Assembly (NCBI RefSeq): GCF_963676685.1
Contig: NC_092345.1
Span: forward strand, 32,240,001-32,304,000
Length of the DNA stretch: 64,000 bases
Direction of reading: 5' to 3'
Source: Mytilus edulis
Taxonomy: Eukaryota
In this document: positions 37,906 through 51,400 of the stretch, one piece after another
Numbering within the stretch: the stretch's first letter is position 1
Layout: each line of letters begins with the position of its first letter
Notes under the pieces: model-generated
The model's database searches: none
The model's input: the letters and a program-made list of their open reading frames with translations, nothing else
Told to the model about the DNA's origin: nothing
Position numbers and translations under genes: made by a program

Positions 37906-40900
37906 TTGTTATCACTGAATGGTAAAGATGTTTTAACTTATCAGTTGGTAGTAAAAGTGAATATACATTGTATAATGTATAAAACAATGATTTAAGTTGA
38001 TTCAACTACTATTCTGAACAAAGAAAGATAACTCCAATTGAAAATTTCTTGCTATTGCACAATATTGTGCAATTAGATACTTCTTGCTATTGCGCAATAC
38101 TGTGTAATTGAAAATACTTGCTATTGCACAATACTGTGCAATTGAAGATTTCTTGCTATTGTGCAATACTGTGCAATTGAAAATTTCTTGCTATTGCACA
38201 ATACTGTGCAATTGAAGATTTCTTGCTATTGCTGAATACTGTGCAATTGAAAATTCAATACTTAATATAATAATTTTGGATCCTGATTTGGACCAACTTG
38301 AAAACTGGGCCCATAATCAAAAATCTAAGTACATGTTTAGAATCAGCATATCAAAGAAGCCCAAGAATTCAATTTTTGTTAAAATCAAACTAAGTTTAAT
38401 TTTGGACCCTTTGGACCTTAATGTAGACCAATTTGATAACGAGACCAAAAATTAAGAATCTACATACACAGTTAGATTCGGCATATCAATCCCAACCTTC
38501 CTTTTGTGTTCATAAACCTTGTATTTAAATTTCATTGATTTCTATTTACTTATACTAAAGTTATTGTGCGAAAACCAAGAATAATGCTTATTTGGGCCCT
38601 TTTGTGGCCCCTAATTCCTAAACAGTTGTAACCAAAACACCCAAAATCAATCCCAACCTTCCTTTTGTGGTCATAAACCTGGTGTCAAAATTTCACAGAT
38701 TTCTATTTACTTAAACTAAAGTTATAGTGCGAAAACCAAGAAAATGCTTATTTGGGCCCTTTTTGGCCCCTAATTCCTAAACTGTTGGGACCAAAACTTC
38801 CAAAATCAATCCCAACCTTCCTTTTATGGTCATAAACTTTGTGTTCAAATTTCATAGATTTCTATTGACTTTAACTAAAGTTAGAGTGCGAAAACTAAAA
38901 GTATTCGGACGACGACGACGACGCAGACGACGACGCCAACGTGATACCAATATACGACCGAAAAATTTTCAATTTTTGCGGTCGTATAAAAAATTGACAA
39001 CAAGAAATATCTTAAGTCAAAACAAAAACACTCAGCGTTACAATTAGGGTTATGGCTAGGGTTAGGGGTATGGTTAGGGTCAAGATTAGGGTTAAATCAA
39101 AATTCACAAATAGAATAAAAATTGGGGGAGGACTACAATAGGGTTTGCTTTAGGATAACAAATTGATAACAACAAACATCATTAGTCAAAACATAAACAC
39201 TCAGCGAAACAATTAGGGTAATGGCTAGAGTAAGGGTTAGTACTGGGCTTAAATTAAAATTGACAAATAGTATTAAAATTGAGTGATGGCTTTAATAGAT
39301 TTGCCTTAGGATAGCAAATTGACAACAGTAAACATTATAAGTCAAAACAGAAACCTTTAGTTAGGGTTATGGCTAGGGTTTGAGTTAGGGTTAGGGTTGG
39401 GCTTAAATTGAAATTTACAAAAAGGATAAGAATTGAGTGAGGGCTACAATTCGGTTTGCTATAGGATAAAAAATTGAAAACAACAAACATCCTAAGTCAA
39501 AACATAAACACTCAGCGTTCCAATTCGTGTTAGTGCTAGGGTTAGGGTTGGGTTTAAATTAAAATTTACAAATAGGATTAAAATTGAGAGGGCAACAATT
39601 TGGTTTGCAATAAGATAACAAATTGACAACAACAAACAGCATAAGTCATGACATAAACACTCAGCCTTACAATTAGGATTATGGTTACGGTTAAATTTGG
39701 GCTCAAATTAAAATTAACAAATAGGATTAAAATTGAGTGATGGCTACAATAGGGTTTGCCTTAGGATAAAAAATTCACAACAAGAAATATCTTAAGTCAA
39801 AACATAAACACTCAGTGTTACAATTAGGGTTATGGCTAAAAATAGGGTTAGGGTTAGAGTTGGGCTTAGATTAAAATTTACAAATAGGATTAATATTGAG
39901 TGAGGGCTACTATAGGGTTTGCCTTAGGAAAAAAATTGACAACAAGAAATATCTTAAGTCAAAACATAAACACTCACCGTTACAACTAGGGATATGGCTA
40001 GGAATAGGTTTAGGGTTAGGATTGGGCTTAAACCAAATTTTAAAATAGGATTAAAATTGAGTGCGGGTTACAATAGGTTTGCCTTAGGATATCAAATTGA
40101 CAGCAAAATATATCTGAAATCGAAACATAAACACTCAGTGTTACAATTAGGGTTATGGCTAGGGCTAGTGTTAGGGTTAGGCTTTGCCTTAAATTAAAAT
40201 TTACAAATAGGATTAAAATTGAGTGATGGCTACAATAGGGTTTGCCTGAGGATAGCAAGTTGGCGACATCAAACAGTATTAGTCAAAACATAAACACGCA
40301 ATGTTTAAATTAGGTTTATGGCTTGGTTTAGTGTTAGGGTTAAGGTTAATATAAAATTGACAAATAGATTTAAAAAGTAAAATCCCAAAAATACTGAACT
40401 TAGAGAAAAATCAATTCGGAAAGTCCATAATCACATGGCAAAATCAAATAACAAGACGCATCAAAAAACGTATGGACAAGAACTGCCATATTCCTGCCTT
40501 GGTACAGGCATTTTCAGATGTAGAAAATGGTGGATCAAACCTGGTTTTATAGCGCTAACCTTCTCACTTTGATGATAGTCTCATCAAAGTCCGTTCTATT
40601 TACATTGATGCGTTAACTAAACAGACACAATAAATAAAATAGTCAATATGGGTACATCAGTCATCATCGTATAACAATTTTAAAATCAAAATTGTGAGAG
40701 TCCGACAATAGGATTAACCTTAGAATAACAAATTGATAACAACAAACAGCATTAATCAAAACACTCAACGTTACAATTAGGATTATGGTCAAGGGTAAGG
40801 TTAGGGTTAAGGTTAAGATAAAATTAACAAATAGAAAAACAATTGAGTGGGGGCTGTAATAGTATTTTCCGCAGGATAACAATTGACATGTTCAACCAGT

Positions 40901-40959
40901 ATATTTTCAAAACATAGGGTTATGGCTTTGGTTAGAGTTAGGGCTAGTGGTGAGAATTT

Positions 40960-41640
40960 TTCTTACCACTAGCCGTAGCTGTAACAAAGAAAATTCTAAT
41001 CTTCAACAATTACCCTAGCTGTAGCCACAATCTTATTACTACGCTGAATGTTTATGTTATGACTTATGCTGTTCAAGTTCAATCCGTTACCCTAATGAAA
41101 ACTTTTTTGTAGACCTAACAATTCAATTTAAATGCTGTTTTTGTTAATATCGTCTCAAACCTTACCATTATCCTAACCCTAGCCATAATTTGTTTATTTA
41201 ACTCTTGGTGTCAATGGCAATATAGGATGTTTGTATATATCAAGTCCTTACCTTAAAGCGAATCCTCTTGTAGACCCAATATAATTTTATTTATTTTCAT
41301 AAACCTCGTTTAACTCGAACCGTAACGCTAGCTTTTACCTCAATTATGATGATGGATGTTTATGAAATGATATAAAATGTTTGCATATGTCAATTCGTGA
41401 CTGTAACTCGAACCTTGTTGTAGCCCTCAATCAATGTTTATCCTATTTGTAAATCTAATTTTCTCACAAGCACCAATCCTAGCCATAGCTCAATTGTAAT
41501 GTTGAGTGTAATTGTTATGACATGGCCTGTTCGAATGTTCCAATTCCACTATCCTAAGGCAAACCCTATTTTTGCCCTCAATCAGTTTTAATCTGATTTT
41601 AACTCTAACCCTTATCTTAACCCTAGCCAAAGCAATCCTT
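40960..41640 (-). repeat. Inverted, highly degenerate copies of the ~160-bp satellite (CCCTAA on +)
   Basis: e.g. tcctaaccctagccataatt (~41171), atcctaaggcaaaccctatt (41551), aactctaacccttatcttaaccctagcc (41601) are reverse complements of satellite motifs. Confidence 0.8.
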
Positions 41641-44600
41641 GACATTAGTTATAAAACATCCAGGAATTCCACAAATTTCTATGGTCAAAGGTCATTAAAC
41701 CTGTTGGGATTAATGTTTATTCTTGTTTGGCAGTATTTTTTAGTAACAGCTATAGCAAAGATAGCGAGTTTCCTGTAAAATTTACCTTGCTTTCCAAATC
41801 ATGTGCCATTTTTTTCTATGAGAAAGTTTGTAGCTGGAGTGTGTTAGGGTTAGGCTTAGGTTAGGGTGTTTTGGTTGTGTGTTTTACATCATACTGTTTA
41901 GCTAGGCTAATGTAAGTTTGTTCACATGTAAAACAGGTCTGACCCAACCTCCTTATGTGCCTGTACCAAGTTAGACTTTTTTGAAATATATGTATGGTTA
42001 CTTTTTTGTATGTCTATTTTCTGTAAGGAGTTATTTGTTGGTTTGTCTGTAGTAATGTTCTATTTTTCTTGTAATTAATAAATTTGATTTTCATAACATG
42101 ATCAGTATTTCAAACACTGGAGTCTGGTGGTAGTAAGAATCTGTTTATAACAAAGTTTGTGATTCTTCAATTTAATTTCAGCCTGAAATAAGAGACATTG
42201 TTTCTATTGAAAATAGGTATGATTATAGTAACATTTTTCAAGCTATATGATGCACTGCTAATATTGTGGCCTGTTACAATCTAAATATTATGTACTTCTA
42301 TCGAAATAGTATAATTAAATTCCATAGTGATATTTTTCTACAAAAGGTTGGTGTTTCTCCAGATACTTCTGCCTGTCCAACTAAAAAAATCACCACAGTG
42401 ATATACCTATGAGTGCTGGAAGTTGCTAAAACACCCACCAATAACAGGGTATTTATTCAATCCATATTGAGAAGATAATATTCTACAAAGTCCCAACATA
42501 TCATAAAAAACACCAAGACATATATCCTCTATATTATTTATTAGTGTATTCCATCACAGAAAAGTCATATTTAGATATGGTACAACAACAAAAACAAATA
42601 ACAAAGATAAAAGCACTATTTACAAGATAAATTTTACTGCTGTGAAGTGTTCATTTTGCCATACAATTAAAGCCCTATCTAAAACGTTGATTTAAATCAT
42701 GTATAAAGTTTTCATCTGGCAAAAGGGGGAGAAACTATCTTTTTCATCTAGCTTGGCATTTATAAAAATATATAGTTATGAAAGATTAAAGTTTGCAGTC
42801 TATTCCGACCTTTATTTATTTGTTTATATATATGCTATCTAGTGTAATCAGACATACCTCCGATCATGTTACTGTTTGTCAAATTTTGTAACCTGAATTT
42901 GATTCATCAATACAATGAAAGAAATTGTTAAACTTTTACAATACAATGCTGGCTGGTTATTTCGCTAAATTATAAATCTGTCCACTTAAGGGTAATCAAA
43001 CAAATTACATGGACTTATCGGACAAAAGAAATTACTGGAAATGACTATATATCTTTATTTATCATTCAATGCTATATTGCATTTTGGTGATTTTTTTGGT
43101 TTTTTCTGCAAAAGACTTATCCGTGAATATTTCAAAAGATGAACTGTTTCAGTTTACACTGTTTGTCACTGATAAGAAGCCCTAGACTAGTTTAAATACT
43201 TGCAAAAAATTGTTTAGAAAAATAAGAACATAATCCAAATATTGGTCTTCATAATAGAAGTTACAGAAGATTTTGGTGCTGATTGCTACTTAAACACACA
43301 TAACTTGAACTTCACATATCAGTTGATGACAAAATAACACAAATATAGATAAATAATCAAAATAAACTGTAAACTGGACAAAAAAACATAAACATAAAAC
43401 CACACTAACTATCACAATTTAAAATATGAAAAAAATCAAAAATGATCATTAACTTGTAAAAAGAAGTAATATATGGGAAAAAACAAAAATAAGAAACTAT
43501 ATGTATATACATTAATTAAAGGTATCTCAAAACATGGAAATTGTTATGTAAGGGCTATTTATTTTCATCTACTGTTAATAAATCAAACCATTCCATACAT
43601 AAACCGTTCACACAGATATGTCTTGTCTGGGTTACCTTATCACAAACTTAAACTGGTCATTACCAGGAAACCTAACACCCAAGTCTCTTTTCTGCAATTA
43701 TTGGTGCCAGGGAAACATGTATGTTTAAGAGACAAAATCATGAAATTAATACTCTATACAAAAATATTGATGTCTTCATGTTTTGAATGATGACAATTCA
43801 TTTAATGAAAATAACTACAGGTAATATTAAACTTGTTTAAAAGTGCGAGACAATAGTTTGTAAGGAAACAAAGGGAAAGCTCTATAACATGAGTATATAC
43901 TTGGTTAGTGTAAAATATAAAATAGAAAAAGTTTCCACCTTTCAAAATTACCGGGTAAATCAAAACTTATCACATTGCTCCAACACATATAAAAATATGT
44001 ATTTTATCTTGGGTACACATAGCAGACTAGGTATTCATTCAACATTAATGTGATCATACTATAAGAAAAGCTTATTTTAACAATAAAAAAGAATTTGTAT
44101 ACAAGTAAAATTTATCTAATGTGAAACCCTTCTAGATTGAAAAAAATGTTTGGATTTCAAATGTGATAATTTTATACATGTTGAATATAAAAACCGAATA
44201 GAGAACAGAGAAGTAAACCACTAAAGGTCTACACTCTATGTCTTCGTTCATTTTGGGAATTTTGGGAAATGGGTAAATTCTTTTAGCCCTTCATGTCTTT
44301 ATGTAATCACTATATAGTTGTATCAAATAAAAAAAATTCAAAAATAAATTGCATTCCTAAATATAATTTGAATATAGGAAAAAAGAAAAATTTACTAAAA
44401 TTCTTACTTTTTTTAATTATTCAAAAAATGTTTACGTTGTACACCTAATCAAATCAAGTAGCCAAGCAGACGACTGTTATTCATTACTCTCAGGTTAGGA
44501 GGTTATATTTTTTTGTTTGGATATAAATTGAAAAAAATATTTCAAAACAATTTCTGAACTTCTATAAAGTTATTTTATTGTTGCTGTGCAATAGCAGTCA

Positions 44601-45470
44601 ACTGAAAATTATTCACGGTTATTTGTATTCCTCTTGAACCCAGCAGTGCAAATATTTTTTAATCAATCAAAATAAAAAATCCACAAGCCTTTATTTAACT
44701 TTTTACAATCTGAACAATGATGTTATTGCTGAAGAATAATGTTGACGAATTTAAAACTTCCAAAAATAAATTTTCAAATAAAATCATTTTAATTAATGTT
44801 CACAAAAAATATATCCAAAACCCTTACTGTTCAATAATAAGAAAAAAAGGATGTAAAAACACTTCAAAAATCATAACAAAAATTTTAACAGCAGAACACA
44901 AATATAATGTAATATCAAATGTTAGTGTGATTTGTAATTTTTGTGACATTCAAAGACTCTAAGATATGTCTTCAATATCAGATGGCCCATTAAAATTGTA
45001 CAATTTGGTCCTTGAAAGATTTACATATATATTGTGGATTGAAAAAAGTTTGGTTTTGTAAACAAAACTATATATATAATTGGATGGCCATGCTGATACA
45101 TAAACAAAACAAAATCTTTTACTAGGGTTAAAGCATAACTTCAAAGGAGTATAACAAGCATTAGTTTACAAGTAAGCACATGTTTTTTTTTTTACATTAC
45201 ATTGATCAAAAGAAAGTAAATTCACTTATCTCCATTTCTGTACCATAACCAGAGTTGTCAATACTGTCAAGACTAAAAATGATATAAATAACCACAACAA
45301 CAAACAAAATATTCATTGTAAATTTATGTGTACAAGATTTTCTATTAAATATTTTCCCATGTGAACATGATCATCCTTCAGGTAAAATCCAATGTTTTCA
45401 TGTTTTTATATTAATAACATAGTAACATAATCAGATATCTTCGAAACTTATCAAATTAGTCTTCAATAAC

Positions 45471-48400
45471 TTAGTCGAATTCTTGCTCTTTAGGAATGTC
45501 ACAATTGTTTTTCACATCCAGATGTTGGTTGACATGTCGTTGGAATTCTTCGTCTGTGCAATTTTCAACAATATTGTAACACAATGGACATATTCTACCA
45601 ACGTGACCAATAACATGCTCCTCAAAATTGGCGTCACTGACATCAGCCGAAAAAGTACTGGAACACACGGGACAAATCTTCATCCCTTCACCAGGAGCAT
45701 CAACAAATCTGTCAACAATGAAAAAATAATGTGTTTTATACTTTTAAGTCATTAATATAATGCCACTTTGTCACATTTTTATATTTATTCTACAATGCAT
45801 TATTCTATAGTTATTGGTACTGTTTGTGTACAATACGTCCCGAGTTTTGCGCCTGACCCCAAGTCAGAAGGCTTAGATTGTCTTGTATGTTTCTAATTTC
45901 AGTTCATTTATATGTTTTGGAGTTAAGTGTGAGTTAAGATTGACATCCATTTTCACTGAACTTTTTCTAGCCTTTTTTTCGTTAAATTCTAGATATTTAA
46001 TGAATACACTTGTCAAACCTCATGTTTTGAAATTGAAAATTTACGGTCTCAAGTGGTGAAACATTAATTTTAATATACACCTGATGCTGTGAAAGAATCT
46101 GTTTAACCCATTAGTGTAAATACTATTCATACCTTTCTTCTTTCATGTCCTGCATGGGTGGTGCTGATGGTATACTGTTTCCTCCTTCTGCTGTAAAATA
46201 ATCACCTCAAAAATTGATATATATATAACCAGAGAAATTATCCAATTTTGTGACTGGAAAATTATTCCAATTTGGTTTGGCATTAATAAATTGTTACTAT
46301 TTTCTCTCCTTGATTTGAACATGACAAAAAACTTAATTCCCTTTGATACATTTGTCATTCCCCTCAACATATTTTTAAATTGTTCTTTCATGTGCATGCA
46401 TTCCATATCCATTCTTTATTTCCAATACATTACAAAACAAAGATATATTAATATTATTGATATCAATTCTGTTGCTCACAAAACATTTCTGTATTATATT
46501 CTTTTAAGTATATTTAAATAAAGTATGAAATGCAACACATGCCATGATCAATATAAAACACTCTTGAATGTGTATGTCTTGCTTTCTAACATGTTCTTAA
46601 AAGGGGGTCTCATTTGGGGGTTCCGATCCCGGATCCCGCTTACTGTTTTGTCAGATTCTCGTATCCCGCTTACACTATGTATGTAAGCAATTCTCATTTT
46701 TTTGTCATTTCCCGGGTCCCGCAAGACCTCATTTCCTGTTTTCACGCCACAATAATTTGACTTTCACCTGTCACGCTTACAAAAAATCGTCAATCCCGTG
46801 TCACACTTAGACCCCAATGAGACCCACTTAAAAATCACAAATAGCACACCCAGTACACTTTGATTTTCAATTGGTTAGTCATTTATCTTATGAGATTTTT
46901 TTTTCAATTTGATGTGTAGTGTTTTTTTCTTTGAAATATAAAAAGACAAACTAATTGTTGAAGAATAATTTTAAGCCTTATGTTCTTTATAGATAGTAGA
47001 ATTTGTTATAGGAAAACTGATTTATCTATTGTAGGTACCTTTAATTCCCAAGACACACAAATAGGATATACAAATACATTTTACATACCTCCACATATCA
47101 GAGCGACAACTTCAGCTGTCTTAGATGTCTGTAGTCTCTCGGGTATCATTGGTGGGGGGAGGGGCCTAAGGGGAGGGTCCAAGGCTTTAACTTCAGGATT
47201 AACATCTTCTTGAGTTGGTGTCTTCTTTAAGTCTGTACGGGGAGGGGGAACTGGAGGGGAAGCTGCAGCACTTTGTCCCTCTTCAGCACGTCTTTTGTAT
47301 TGTGGAGGAAGAATGAAATTCTGTAATAAAAGTTAACAAGCATGTTTAATATATTAAATTGTTTAAAAGCCAGTTCATATATATATATTCTTTTTCATTT
47401 AGTTTTAATTATGAAATGTTCTTATAAAATCTGTAATAATCGCAACAAACAGTAATCACACTTATCATAGAGATTCCTACACCTGTACTAAAGTTATTGT
47501 CTGGAAACTAAATGTCTTTGGATAATGATGAAGGCAACAACAACAAAGACGACAACGTCAACATTGCCAAACCAGTATAAAGTCTCAAAACAACTTTCAG
47601 TCGTATAAAAATCATTTCAAACAAACAAATTTTTTTTTATTAACAGTCCCATTTCAAAGTTATGAAAACTTTATGTGAGTTTATTTTCTTATAAGATAAA
47701 CTATTTGCAATACTTCCCAACAGATTTTCATATATTTTATGTGTATTTGATGATGAGGGAAGTTTTAAATGACCTTGACTGGCTATACAGCCGTCACCAC
47801 GGTCTGTGTGTTTGATTCATGACAACACCCAATTGTCATGTTTTCACAAAGTTTGGCAAATACTAACCTGTGGATGAGGATACAGGATTGGACCCTGTGA
47901 TGGACACATGCTTGTTCTATGTTGTGATGGGTAAACTATGGGTGAGGCCTGAGTCTGCTGAGGGTATACCATAGGTTGGGTCTGTCCCTGGTAAGGAGGA
48001 TATACCATGTATGGGTAGCTGTTTCCTTCAGTCAATGTTTTAGGTTTCTCAAGGGAAGATGCAGCACCACTACCTTCCAAGGAAGGAATCTTGCATGGTC
48101 CCTTTTAAGATAATAAGATTAATATTAAGCATAGTCCTTATAACTGTAAATTCCAAAATTATAGCAAGGTTTTTATCAATGTGAATAAGGTGATTGGGTG
48201 AGTATGGCAAAGGTAGGAATAAACAGAAATAGGGAATGTGTCAAAGAGACAACAACCCGCCAAATGAGCAGACAACAGCCAAAGGCCACCAATTAGTCTT
48301 TAACACAGCGTTCAACTTGCATTCTGAATTTTGATACATAAATTCATATGTAGATTTTTTTAAAATCACAATAATCTATCTCACATTTTTTGTGATAGCA

Positions 48401-51400
48401 AAGCATCAAATTATTCATTATTTTGTCTTGCAAAAGCTTGAAAAATATATATATGAAGTAATTTACTCACATCATGTAAATTAATTGAATCTCTTATCTT
48501 TCTGTTGAGTTCATCTATTGTCTTGTCTTTGTCAGCCATGTAGTTCTGTAATAAACAAAATAGTATGGTAAATAATAAAATATGTAGTAGTTAATAGTGG
48601 ATTATTTCCTTTTGGTGTGGTGTTGAAATACACTTTTGCATTTTAAGTACATGAAATCTATAAAATAAGTACTATTTCTGGGGGTTTGGATGGGGTTAAA
48701 TGATTTAATAATAATGCCCTTAAAAATGAAGATTAGAGAAAAAAGGGGTTCATTTTTTGAAGATAAGAGAAAAAAGGGGTTAATTTTTTAATGATTAGAG
48801 AAAAAAGGGGTGAAAATTAAACGTTTACAGAATAACAGACCCCCATCCAGACCCTCATTTCTGTTCTACAGGCAAATTTCAAAATTGTTTGTTAATAGAT
48901 AGATTCATCGTTGGTGTTGTATGCCAGTTAAAGCAGGATAGGTTATAAATGATGGCTTATTTTCATTAATGGAGAAAGATGGAGTCCCATAAGAGATCCT
49001 CTTTAACCTTCTGCAGACAAAATGGCCAATCTAGTTTTTCGTCCAAAGCAGACATATGAGACAGGTAATATTTCATTTGTCATCATCAATCAATAAACTC
49101 ACCTCGAGAGACCTGACTTTGACATCTTTTTCATTTTGAATTTCAATCAATGCTTTTTTCAGCATCTCTATTTCATCATCTTTCTCTTTCAATTCCTTCT
49201 TCAGCTTTTCTACTCTCTTTCTTTCCTCAATTAAACTTATCTTGTATCTAAAAATGGAAAAAAATAGTTTTCTAAAGTTATTCTAAAACAGGAACATATA
49301 AACTATCTTTTTATCTTATAAAATATTCATGCTTAATAGTTTAAAAAAAAAGACACCAACATTTAAGGAATGACTGTAATATTTTTTCTGTCTATGAAGA
49401 AATAACAAAAAAAATTTGGTGCACACTGAATAACGTGCCTAGCAGGTTATTTAACAGTGTGCACCACATTTTTTATGTTATTTTGAATAGACAGAAAAAA
49501 TATTACAGTCATTTCTTATAATTTAATTCTAAATTCCATTTTAAAGGGTACCTTAGTCTATGGGCTCATAACAAAATAACGAAAGCCAATCAGAAGACGT
49601 GTTACATCCAAAATTAAATTATTGTTCAATACTGTGGATTCATTAATATTCTTTGGTTTACCAATTTTTGTGAATTTCATGGAACGGAAGAACCACGAAT
49701 TTTAATGTTCAACAAATTATAAAATAGTCTAAAGGAATGTATGCAAACTTTGCCAAAACCACGAAAATAAATATCCAGGAATATGCAAGTTTTACTCAAA
49801 TCACGAAAATTAGTACCCAAGAAACTATACGAATCCACAGTATCATGTTAAAAAAAAAAAATTAATGATTTATTGATGGCTGATCAATTAAAGTCAAGTA
49901 TTAAATATTGCATGTTTAGTGCTTGCCAGTTGCCACTGATAGTGAATGAAATATTCAATCTGAATGATACATGAAGCAAAAGATGTTTAATATTAAGACA
50001 TTCTTATGTTTACTTTAATTTTTGTTCCTGTCTAAGATCCAGTTCTTTGCCAACTTCGTCTAAATCACTCTGAAGCTGGTTCTCAATCACGTTCTCAGCA
50101 GCAGACATATCTGGTGAGGTCATCTGGTATTGTTCTATTGTTACAACATCTGTCTCAGAGCTCTGGCGACTTGGTTTTCCTGTAAATGAAAAACTGGTAT
50201 AAGAATTTTAACATCTATGTTTACCAATTTTACTATTAATTAGACAAAAATATTGGGAATGTATGTCGAGTTGTTGTTTCTTTGACACATTCCCCATTTC
50301 CATTCTCAATTTTCAATATATGCACTGCATTTTATGGATTTTTTTTTAAGAGAAACTGCAATTATATTATAGACAAAAGATACATTTGATCTTACTTTAA
50401 TACAAATTATTAAATAAATATTGATAGTTTTAAGACATTGATACATAATTTCATATTCATTTCTACTCACTTTTTTCCAACTTTTCCATTTTTTTGGTCA
50501 GTTTTCTATTTTCAATGTACAAGTTCCTGTACTCATTTGATCCCATAGTTAGCCTCTCTTTCAGATCTTCAATCTCACGTTTCATGTCTTTTATCTCCTG
50601 TTTGTATTCCTTCTATAAAAGTAAAAGTTTGTAAATTAAAATACATTACAGCGTCAATTAATCATGATTTATAATGTAAATACAGTCAAACCTGCTGAAG
50701 ACACCTCCTGTATTAAGCAAAATACTCTCCCTAAAGTGGTCTCTTAAAACAGGTTTGACTGTATAATTAAATTGACTAATTACAAAATTACAGGTTATCT
50801 ATTATATTTCAAAGACGATTGTGTATTTCAACTACAACCACAACAAAGGGCCATTACTCTTAGATGAGATGTAACTAAGGAAACATCCTTGAGTTTGAAA
50901 GACCATTTTTATCTGCCTATCACAAAAGATACATTGATTTTTTCTCCAGAAAGCAATCAAAGAAAATAGGTTTATTGTTTTTGTATATATACAGTCAAAC
51001 TTCTATTAGGCAGTCACTCATGGGACGTTTCTGCTCAAGAGAGGTGACCTTTTAATTCCAGGTTCCAAAAATTATGATTCCTACATCCCCTGTGGGATTG
51101 CATGAACTCCTAACAGAGTGTGACAGTGTGCAACAAATTCTTATCATTGCGTTTGGTGATATCACTTTTTCACTTACCTGTTTCTTTGCAGAATCAGTCT
51201 GATATTGTGAGAGATGATGCTCCATTTTGGAATATCTGTCTTTTAGTGTTGACTGCGCAATAACAAGACACTGCATTGAACCTTCAATACTGGTTTCTGA
51301 AGCCTTTTCTAGTTTGTTTCCCAGCTCAGCATTATCTGTTCTTAACTTCTCTACTTGCTATTAACAAACAGGTGAAATGTAATTTCATGTTTTAACTTAA

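Larger units (their letters stand above)
34010..38990 (-). mobile_element. HINE/DINE-1-like non-autonomous Helentron element, family A copy 1 (contains nested Academ)
   Basis: Sub-terminal inverted repeats TTTATACGACCG / CGGTCGTATAAA, short IR plus (GTC)n at the 5' end, GC hairpin at the 3' end, internal tandem repeats, inserted in an A-run with no TSD; two more copies at 51.5 and 56.1 kb. Confidence 0.8.
32571..40940 (+). repeat. ~150-165-bp satellite with a degenerate (TTAGGG)n core, interrupted by transposons
   Basis: Motif ttaggataacaaattgac...agtcaaaacataaacactcag...caattagggttatggctagggttagg recurs at about 32621, 32784, 32943, 33104, 33842, then 39154, 39310, 39465, 39614, 39765, 39928, 40088, 40251. 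Confidence 0.9.

Noticed and set aside
40380-40690. Interspersed repeat interrupting the 160-bp satellite (related sequence on the opposite strand near 62660-62900)
   Set aside because: Probably a common non-autonomous element, but its ends and class could not be fixed by eye.
41650-45470. Short ORFs (43473, 44717, 44959)
   Set aside because: AT-rich chance ORFs with no domains; probably TAX1BP1 3' UTR or intergenic.
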